In this document: one piece after another, positions 57,034-64,000 of the stretch | How positions within the stretch are numbered: position 1 is the first letter of the stretch | Layout of the letters: each line of letters opens with the position of its first letter | NCBI GenBank assembly: GCA_964370015.1 | Contig: CAYJHD010000001.1 | Span: 16,884 to 80,883 of the forward strand | Reading direction: 5' to 3' | DNA: 64,000 bases | Source of the DNA: an uncultured Desulfovibrionaceae bacterium | GTDB taxonomy: Bacteria > Desulfobacterota > Desulfovibrionia > Desulfovibrionales > Desulfovibrionaceae | The notes under the pieces: model-generated | Told to the model about the DNA's origin: nothing | The model's database searches: none | The model's input: the letters and a program-made list of their open reading frames with translations, nothing else | Program-made: the position numbers and the translations under genes

Positions 57034-57645
57034 TTATTTCTTCCTGAATAATACTTGAGCCGCGGGCACAGGGGCATTGTCTGTGGGGCTCTTTATGCGT
57101 AGTTCGAAGCCACAATCTTTACGAACACCACCGGAAGCAGCTAAACGCCTATCCACACGTGTAGCATATTTAAATTCCACAAGATGCACACCTGGTTCTA
57201 ACTCAACATTACCAACTATGGTGCCTGTGTCTTCATAACCTTTGATAATTTCTTTATCATTTACAAATATGACTCCATAATTATCATACCCCTTTGTGTT
57301 CATCATAAGTACATAATAGCCTTTCTTTTCTGCCACAATATAGGCCTGGCCTTGCCAGCCAATACTTTTATTCTTTATGGGAAACCCTAAGGATTTTTCA
57401 TAGTCATTGACCATGGCGCCAGAACCTTGAGCCTTGAAGCTCCCCATGGACGCCGGAGGAAAAGTTGTCACATTCTCACCTCTGGAAAAAGCATAAATAT
57501 TGGCCACCCAGCCTGATTCCAAATCACTGAGTTTAATCTCGCCGAATTTTTCTTCCATTTGTGGCACTTCGGAGGCATTCACAGGCACTATGGCAGCAAT
57601 CACAAAGAGTGCAGTCAACATACATCCAAAAATTTTCTTTAACAT
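57034..57645 (-). CDS. Secreted protein, possibly PA14-like beta-barrel
   Basis: ATG 57645 (GGAG upstream). Signal peptide MLKKIFGCMLTALFVIAAIVPVNAS. IGWQGQAYIVAEKKGYYVLMM ... VIFVNDKEII ... VELEPGVHLVEFKY ... GFELRIKSP resembles the PA14 pattern (weak, from memory). Confidence 0.5.
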   Translation of the reverse strand: MLKKIFGCMLTALFVIAAIVPVNASEVPQMEEKFGEIKLSDLESGWVANIYAFSRGENVTTFPPASMGSFKAQGSGAMVNDYEKSLGFPIKNKSIGWQGQAYIVAEKKGYYVLMMNTKGYDNYGVIFVNDKEIIKGYEDTGTIVGNVELEPGVHLVEFKYATRVDRRLAASGGVRKDCGFELRIKSPTDNAPVPAAQVLFRKK

Positions 57646-57712
57646 ATCATTCTCCATTTATACTTTTTAGTTACCTACTCCATCGACAAAAGAGCCTTTG
57701 CCGCTCCCCATC

Positions 57713-60700
57713 CTACTTTTCTATTATGGAATACGTGCGCGAACCATCCTTGTGGAAGAAGATAACACGTAAACGAATTTTAGCATTACCAATACTGCCA
57801 TTATCCTGCATAACAAGATCTAATGTCACTGGACTGGACACATCCACACTGAAAGCCGCATCATTGACATTGAGCGCTTTACCGTCTTGCATCACAGCCA
57901 AAACGCCAATCGCCTTGGTCTTAACACTTTGAGTCTTCCAAGAAGCATTGCTACCACCTAGACTCTCCACACGCACACCCACCAAGGGGCTTTTGCCATG
58001 GGCTAATACGCGTATGTTCGAATCTGGTTTACTATCGGAGGTAAAAGCAGTAAGGCTCATACTATCCGTAGTTATGGGCACAATGACAGCCTTGCCTGGC
58101 TTTTTGGGCGCGGGAGCTGTAGGTTGCGCTCCAGTGATAGCAATGGGTGCAGTTTTAACTTCAGCTTGCACCGGCTTAACTTCTGCCTGGACAGGAGTTT
58201 CAGCTTTAGCCTCGGCTTTAGCGGGAGCCGCAGTCTCTGGCTTATCTTCAGATTTAGTTTCAGGTTTAGCTTCAGACTTAGTTCCAGCTTTAACATCGGG
58301 CTTAGTTTCAGCTTTAGCTTCAACTTGGACAGGCATCTGTGTTTTAGCTTCGGCGGAAGCCGCGGCTTTGGTCAATTGATTCAAATGTCCAGTATGTGCA
58401 GTCACAGAGGTTTTACTCTTTTTCATGCCATCCCACATGGCTTTTTGAACCTTATCTTCGGCGCTCCTCCACTGTAGCATGGGCTTTACAGGTGCAAATT
58501 GCCCCAATTGCCACATGCCATCGGGCAACTGTTTGGGGTCTATCATGGAGCTAAAACGCTTATACGTGTCTTTATTCATGGTGGCTTCAGAAGTGCGCAC
58601 CATAAAATGCATTTTTCCAGCTTCAGCTTGCTGCAGAAGATAGATTTCCTTTTCATTGGGGAAAAATTCCCATTCAAAGGTCTGTGTAGCACCAGGTTTG
58701 ATATTTTCTGAAGTAACCTTTGTGACCCAAGGCAACCAACCCTGCCCCTTTGCATCTTCAAAGAACATCATAAATTTCGTGGGCTTTACAGCTTGTTTTG
58801 CAGTATTTTGCACTATTGCCTGCACACGCAATTGCACTGTGCCCTTTTCCGTTTTAAACACTTCATAAGAGCCGCCTGTAACGTGTAACAAGTCCAGTAC
58901 GGCATTGCTGACTGTTTGAGCAGCCACAGTACGTAAAGTGGCTTTTTTGCCATTGGCAAGTTCTTTTTCACGGTCAGGGAAACGTTGTCTAAGTTCACCC
59001 CTTTGAGTGGCACTGAGCTTTCCTACCATGCCTTGCAGTATAAAGTTATTATCTTTTTTCACAAAAAATAGATTATTGTCATTCATTTCCAGCATAAGCA
59101 TTTGGGGAGTAAGAATATGCAGATTGCTTTTTTCAAGCTTACGTGGAGTAATTTCCAATGTCCCCACAGTGAACGTACCCTTTTCCGACACAGATTTAGC
59201 AATGCTCTCGGCTTGTGCAGTGTATTTTTGCTCATCGAAAAGCTCATTATGAATCTGCTCTTCTAAACCGCTGGCTCTATCTTGCAGATTTTTCCACGAA
59301 ACAAGATTGGGCACATTGATGAATTCTAAAAATTTCTTGCCATTTTTACTGCGCAAGGTTTCCACCATGAACATAAGTTCTTGGCGTGGTTCATCGAGCT
59401 TATAACCAGATAAGAGCTGCATCCATGCTTCAGCCAACATAGTGCCATTTTTTTCAAAGTAACGCTTATCAGTGCTGGGCGGCACTATAAGCTTGTACGA
59501 ATTATTAAAAGGTACAAAAAGCGCATAGGTATTGGTCGTGGCTGTAGGGAGCGTTGCCAACACACACTGTTCTTTGCCATCAAGAAAGGCAAAAGTAGCC
59601 TTCTTCCACGCTTCAATGTCCCAAATGGGAGTTACATACTTAGAAGATGGTGTGCCTGTTTTTACACTGTTCCTAAAGCTACTTTGTATAGAATGCAATG
59701 GCGCTAATTTTGCGCGTAATGAACCTCTCAACTCATCCTGTATTGCAAGAAAAACAGTAAGTATATCTATGGAAGATTCAATATATTTCTCAGCCAAGGG
59801 AGCATTTTTTTCCGTAATGGCTTTCACAATATTGGCACTGACTTCCTGCATTTTTTTCTGCATTTCGGCCAAAACTTTTTGTTTGCGAGCTTCCTCCTTG
59901 GCTATTTCTTCTTCTATGACTTTGGCGCGTGTGGCCACGTCTGCGTGCCAGTTTTCAGGACGCTTTAAAGAAGTTGCATTGGAGGCATAACGTACGATTT
60001 TCCACGCGTCTTTTTCTGTTTTACGCACTAAGAGCAAGTGCTGATTCGGCAAACTCACAATGGCTTCCAGTGGTTGTACTGCCATGGACGAAATTTTTGC
60101 AAAACCGTCCTTCAGAGGGGTCTTTTTCTGCCATTTGCCCGTGCTCACTTGCTCTAAAAAAGCTTTTACGTCGGCATTACTCTTGGCATTGACGGCCATG
60201 GCCTGAGCTGTGTTTTCAAGGTTGCCATTATCACGCAAAAAAGAGGGTAGGTCGATATACTGCTCAAAAACTTTAGGGTCATTGGCAGTGTAAGCCTTTT
60301 GTAAGGCAGTGAACACGACTTGAACGGAATCATTCAAAGCAAATTGTACTTCATACTTTTTGACAAGGTCAGCCAGCTTAGCATCCCAATCTTTGGGACG
60401 AATTAACTCTCCTACGGTATTAATTCGAGCTAATTTCCACGGCTCATCCCCCTTTTTTCTTTCAAAAAAATAAAAAGTTTCTTTACCTCTTCTCTGCATC
60501 ACCACTTCTAATTCGTCCACAAAAAAACTATCTACATCTTTTAAGCTAAATGTTGATGTTCCATTACGAATTCCATCGAGAAATTTTTCTACGTCTTCAT
60601 TGTTTTTACCATATTTGGCCATGGCAATAGCCGTTTTATTTATGTCTCCATCATCGCGAATCACCATGGGCAAGGCAAGGTATTTCTCAAATACTTCTGG

Positions 60701-62092
60701 CGAGTTATTCACTATAGCTTTATTAAGTTCAGCTATAATATTTTCTATTTCCTTCGTCCATTTAGCTTCGTTGGCTACTTGCGTTTGAGCTTTGATATAA
60801 AGTTCTGAAAACTTTTTAGCTAAAGTAATCATGTATTCTTCAAGGGATACAGTTACAATAGTATTATCTTTTTCAAATGGATAATATGTTACACGAGCAT
60901 AATTCTTCCCGAACTTGAAAGGGTCGTACTGCGCAAGAGCACTTCCCTTACCAATCCACTTATCACCTTCTTTTAAAAGAATGGTATAGAAAAATGAACT
61001 TCCAGCATCATTCGTGTCAAAATTTATCCATTTTGTATAAGAATTTTTATAGGCATCTACAGTTGATCTTCCTTCTGTAGGAACATATTGCTTTAAAAGC
61101 ATAGTATTATCATTTTTCCATACAACTTCTACCGTAGCCATGGTAGCATAGTGTTGTAAAAAAATACCGAATGAAACTGACTCTTCAATGCCTTTCATTG
61201 TACTATCTATGAACTTCTGTGCCTCTTTTTCAAGTTTTATATTTTCATATATTCCTAAAGAGACTAAGTTCCAAAATGCCTTAGAATTATATTCAGCTTT
61301 TGTATTTACATGATACATATTAAAATATCGAGGACCTGACATTTCATATGTTGTTTTGGCAACTTCTGGCCATTTTTTTTCATTGGCAAAGGTTTGAAGT
61401 TGCTTTAATTGCGGTCCCATTTCTTGCAAATACAGTTCTGCCCCCTTTTTGCGCGCAGCAATTCTTGCCAGCATATCTTCCTCCACCTTGCGAGCAGCTT
61501 CAGCTCTGTCCATGGCAGCTTTTTTATTACCGGCAAGGCTTACGATACGCCATTTCTTATCAATGAACGCAAGACCAAGCACGCCTTCTTGCCCATCAGG
61601 CATGGTGGCCACAGCGGCAATAATGCCCTCTTGTTTACCTTCACCCATATCACCATAAGTAAGCTTGCTCAGCACATTGGGATCAAAGGGTAGCGTGGAG
61701 CTTTTGTATTTGCGGCAATAATTAGCAAAATCCCCCGAGGCAACCGTATTCGTGATGGTCTTAAGCAAGGCATCCATCATGAAATAAGATTGAGTGGCAC
61801 GGTCAGCATTAAGCCGACGAACCTGCTTAAAAGCATCGCCCTTCACAAAGAGATCTTTAAGCCACGCATAGCTGGGGTTTTCATGGTCGCCTCTGTATAC
61901 TTCAGCAAGTCGTACCCAATATTCCTTGGGCACACGCTCCATAAAGGCCACATGGTCATTATTTTCAATGGCTGTAATGAGAGCTTTGACGCCTTCTTCC
62001 GGCTTTTCGCCGCCCATACCCAAAAAGCCCGTGCTCAGCGTGAGCGTTATACCCACAATGACAAAAGATAAGATTTTTTGCACCATACGCAT
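57713..62092 (-). CDS. 1459-aa secreted modular protein with tandem modules of about 140 aa, a Lys/Glu/Ala/Pro linker and a 130-aa C-terminal domain shared with the upstream gene
   Basis: AAGGAG 8 nt upstream of ATG 62092. Signal-like MRMVQKILSFVIVGITLTLSTGFLG. Repeated helix motif xxAIxxNDxxxFExYIDLP. C-terminus KKPGKAVIVPITTD...FFHKDGSRTYSIIEK. Confidence 0.7.
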   Translation of the reverse strand: MRMVQKILSFVIVGITLTLSTGFLGMGGEKPEEGVKALITAIENNDHVAFMERVPKEYWVRLAEVYRGDHENPSYAWLKDLFVKGDAFKQVRRLNADRATQSYFMMDALLKTITNTVASGDFANYCRKYKSSTLPFDPNVLSKLTYGDMGEGKQEGIIAAVATMPDGQEGVLGLAFIDKKWRIVSLAGNKKAAMDRAEAARKVEEDMLARIAARKKGAELYLQEMGPQLKQLQTFANEKKWPEVAKTTYEMSGPRYFNMYHVNTKAEYNSKAFWNLVSLGIYENIKLEKEAQKFIDSTMKGIEESVSFGIFLQHYATMATVEVVWKNDNTMLLKQYVPTEGRSTVDAYKNSYTKWINFDTNDAGSSFFYTILLKEGDKWIGKGSALAQYDPFKFGKNYARVTYYPFEKDNTIVTVSLEEYMITLAKKFSELYIKAQTQVANEAKWTKEIENIIAELNKAIVNNSPEVFEKYLALPMVIRDDGDINKTAIAMAKYGKNNEDVEKFLDGIRNGTSTFSLKDVDSFFVDELEVVMQRRGKETFYFFERKKGDEPWKLARINTVGELIRPKDWDAKLADLVKKYEVQFALNDSVQVVFTALQKAYTANDPKVFEQYIDLPSFLRDNGNLENTAQAMAVNAKSNADVKAFLEQVSTGKWQKKTPLKDGFAKISSMAVQPLEAIVSLPNQHLLLVRKTEKDAWKIVRYASNATSLKRPENWHADVATRAKVIEEEIAKEEARKQKVLAEMQKKMQEVSANIVKAITEKNAPLAEKYIESSIDILTVFLAIQDELRGSLRAKLAPLHSIQSSFRNSVKTGTPSSKYVTPIWDIEAWKKATFAFLDGKEQCVLATLPTATTNTYALFVPFNNSYKLIVPPSTDKRYFEKNGTMLAEAWMQLLSGYKLDEPRQELMFMVETLRSKNGKKFLEFINVPNLVSWKNLQDRASGLEEQIHNELFDEQKYTAQAESIAKSVSEKGTFTVGTLEITPRKLEKSNLHILTPQMLMLEMNDNNLFFVKKDNNFILQGMVGKLSATQRGELRQRFPDREKELANGKKATLRTVAAQTVSNAVLDLLHVTGGSYEVFKTEKGTVQLRVQAIVQNTAKQAVKPTKFMMFFEDAKGQGWLPWVTKVTSENIKPGATQTFEWEFFPNEKEIYLLQQAEAGKMHFMVRTSEATMNKDTYKRFSSMIDPKQLPDGMWQLGQFAPVKPMLQWRSAEDKVQKAMWDGMKKSKTSVTAHTGHLNQLTKAAASAEAKTQMPVQVEAKAETKPDVKAGTKSEAKPETKSEDKPETAAPAKAEAKAETPVQAEVKPVQAEVKTAPIAITGAQPTAPAPKKPGKAVIVPITTDSMSLTAFTSDSKPDSNIRVLAHGKSPLVGVRVESLGGSNASWKTQSVKTKAIGVLAVMQDGKALNVNDAAFSVDVSSPVTLDLVMQDNGSIGNAKIRLRVIFFHKDGSRTYSIIEK
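58120..58340 (-). repeat. Low-complexity coding repeats (AKAETKPDVKAGTKSEAKPETKSEDKPETAAPAKAEAKAETPVQAEVKPVQAEVK)
   Basis: Degenerate short DNA repeats (tttagcttcag / tttagtttcag units) read directly. They encode the linker in front of the C-terminal domain. Confidence 0.6.
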
Positions 62093-62118
62093 GGAAGAAC
62101 TCCTTACTGGGGTTTAGA

Positions 62119-63975
62119 TTATCGCTCTATAAGCGAATAATTTCTTGAACCATCTTTATGATAAAACACGACGCGTAAGCGAGTTTTAGCGTCTTGCAAA
62201 GCACCATTATCTTGAACACACAGAGTGAGAGGCGTTTCGTTGGAAATATCAAGTGTAAAAGATGCGTCACTAGCATTAACAACCTTGCCGTCTTGCTGCA
62301 CAGCCAGCACCCCTAAAGCTGTAGTTTTCACATCTTTAGTCTTCCATGAGGCTTGCACCCCTCCCATGCTTTCGAAACGTACACCCGTAAGTGGGCTAGG
62401 GTTTAAAGCAAGCACCTGTACACAAGAGTCAGGCTTTTGATCTGGCGTAAAAGCTGTGAAGCTCATAATATCAGTCGTTGTGGATACAATGAAACCCTTA
62501 CCCGGTTTTTTGAGAGCAGGTGCTTCTAAAGTTTTTGTTTTTGACACTGCAAGCGATGAAGAAGTAAAACCTTTATCAGCTACAATAGGAGCAACCTTTT
62601 CAGTAGTGCCAGAAGAAACTTTATCTATCTTAAACTTCTCAGCAGCTTTGGCTTTGTCCATAGGGCTTGCATCTGTGAGCCTGACTTTTTTTCCTGAGAG
62701 CAAAAAAGCCATTAAACTTTCTTTACTTTTTGCAAATTCTTTTGCTTTTTCCCATCTTTCTTCGCTGAAATTAAAATCAAGAGTTCTCCACCCTTCCCAA
62801 TTTCCCAAATATGTTGGCGGAAATTTTTCTTTAAAATACATTGTCTTTTCAAGTTTAGGAATGCTATTTTGAGCAAGTGGTTTTGCCCATGGGCTTTTAC
62901 AATGAGAATATTCCACAGAGAGAGCTTTCGCTTGAGGCAAGTTCTGATCTCCACTCACACCCAAGGCAAGCATTTCTATCAATGGCAAAACAAGGTCACA
63001 TGTTCTTCCTCTAAAACCAGATGTATTATATTTATCCGCATAAAAAGAACGTGCCTTTTTAATATCTTGAGGCAATATCTTTCCAGTATACAGTGGTTGT
63101 GCCAAGATTCCTTGTGCAATATGCTTATTATCCAAATTGCTTGTCGCAATATACCAAAGAATAGTTGCGCCAAGAAACACATCATCTTGAGATTTACCTT
63201 CTTTAAATAAAGACTCTGCCTTCCAAGTGAGTGCTGTGGTATAGTTTTTTACCATATCAGCCAGCTTCGCATTTTCATCCATGGCAAATTCAATATTGTG
63301 CAAACGACCAAGCCTTTCCACAGCATCAGAACTACCAAGTTTCGCCGCACGGGTAAGTAAATCTACTTCACGCGCCTTATCATCTCCGCCATTATTAGGA
63401 AGCAAAGTTAAACGTATAAGAGCCTTTGGGTCGCCCATGCGAGCAGCTGTGAGTATAGCTTCAAACCCTTCAATGGGCTTACGAAAACCCTGATCGAAAG
63501 CAATAATATTTCCATACGTTAGCATTGCTGGTAAATATTTTAGCTGTACGGCTTTCGCTAGATTATACATGGCAGAACTACGTAATAACTCTTGACTCTT
63601 TTTATTTTTTTCCAAAGGATATTTTTTTAAGTAGTCCAATGCCACCTGATACATATACGGAGGATAATCACTTATCGCACTTGTAATATGCATATCAAAG
63701 TATCCAAGTGTAAAAAGTTTTTTCTCACTGTCATTATAAATCATGAAAGATAATTCTTTCATGATATTATTTTTTCTCAACGATTCATATTCACTTGATT
63801 TTAAAAATTTTTTCTTATTTTCACTATACTTCTTTATAAGTATTTTTTCTTCATCAGTAGGCGTATACCTATATAAATCATAAACTTTAGTATTTAAAAC
63901 ACCTGAATCTACTTTGTTAGTAACACTCATAGCCAACCACAACGGCGCTGAAATACCCAATTTTTCATTGTTCAT
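62119..63975 (-). CDS. 618-aa protein with Sel1-like repeats and the shared 130-aa C-terminal domain
   Basis: AARMGDPKALIRLTLL and RAAKLGSSDAVERLGRLH are Sel1/TPR-like. C-terminus KKPGKGFIVSTTTD...FYHKDGSRNYSLIER. The stop lies 26 nt before the 1459-aa gene start. Confidence 0.65.
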   Translation of the reverse strand: MNNEKLGISAPLWLAMSVTNKVDSGVLNTKVYDLYRYTPTDEEKILIKKYSENKKKFLKSSEYESLRKNNIMKELSFMIYNDSEKKLFTLGYFDMHITSAISDYPPYMYQVALDYLKKYPLEKNKKSQELLRSSAMYNLAKAVQLKYLPAMLTYGNIIAFDQGFRKPIEGFEAILTAARMGDPKALIRLTLLPNNGGDDKAREVDLLTRAAKLGSSDAVERLGRLHNIEFAMDENAKLADMVKNYTTALTWKAESLFKEGKSQDDVFLGATILWYIATSNLDNKHIAQGILAQPLYTGKILPQDIKKARSFYADKYNTSGFRGRTCDLVLPLIEMLALGVSGDQNLPQAKALSVEYSHCKSPWAKPLAQNSIPKLEKTMYFKEKFPPTYLGNWEGWRTLDFNFSEERWEKAKEFAKSKESLMAFLLSGKKVRLTDASPMDKAKAAEKFKIDKVSSGTTEKVAPIVADKGFTSSSLAVSKTKTLEAPALKKPGKGFIVSTTTDIMSFTAFTPDQKPDSCVQVLALNPSPLTGVRFESMGGVQASWKTKDVKTTALGVLAVQQDGKVVNASDASFTLDISNETPLTLCVQDNGALQDAKTRLRVVFYHKDGSRNYSLIER

Positions 63976-64000
63976 AAACTCAGCATTAAGTTTAAGTAAG

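Overview
This 64-kb window looks like chromosome from an anaerobic, Desulfovibrionaceae-like bacterium. That placement is an inference from a flavodoxin very close to my memory of Desulfovibrio vulgaris flavodoxin, a Desulfovibrio-type porin-like OMP and dcuB-aspA; I cannot verify it here. Contents from left to right: (i) 1-8.8 kb is an accessory island abutting tRNA-Pro(GGG). It carries a beta-CASP MBL hydrolase plus a RecB-like PD-(D/E)xK protein (partial, missing from the ORF track), a secreted-protein/ankyrin trio, and an operon of HTH-WYL regulator, 97-aa ORF, DUF262 protein and DUF262+DUF1524 (GmrSD-like) protein. (ii) 9.7-13.7 kb is a five-gene DNA-damage operon: umuD-umuC-ogt-alkD-like-DUF1848. 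(iii) 14-29 kb is mostly ordinary metabolism: DUF4125/DUF4037, dcuB, aspA, MipA, an NSS transporter, EutJ-like, a soluble Frd/Sdh-like flavoprotein with its FeS subunit, flavodoxin and a porin. (iv) 29-52 kb is a selenium-dependent-molybdenum-hydroxylase type island. It holds mocA-yqeB-yqeC, three complete xanthine-dehydrogenase-family Mo/FAD/2Fe-2S sets, two YjiH-type membrane proteins, a DMT exporter, a cyclic amidohydrolase, two AllC-type M20 amidohydrolases and an IclR regulator. (v) 52-64 kb is an AT-richer block with an SDR, an LD-carboxypeptidase, an acidic GDGDD-repeat protein, and large secreted proteins of 1459 and 618 aa that share a 130-aa C-terminal domain. I saw no rRNA, CRISPR array, integrase or transposase. 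Two small MITE/REP-like repeat families are scattered in intergenic regions. The best candidate for an undescribed system is the WYL-flagged island at 1-8.8 kb. There, one 26-nt operator-like sequence precedes both the WYL/DUF262 operon and the beta-CASP/RecB-like nuclease operon. All family assignments come from motif recognition by eye, with no database search. Several ORF-track starts were trimmed to internal ATG/GTG codons that have better RBS or overlap logic.
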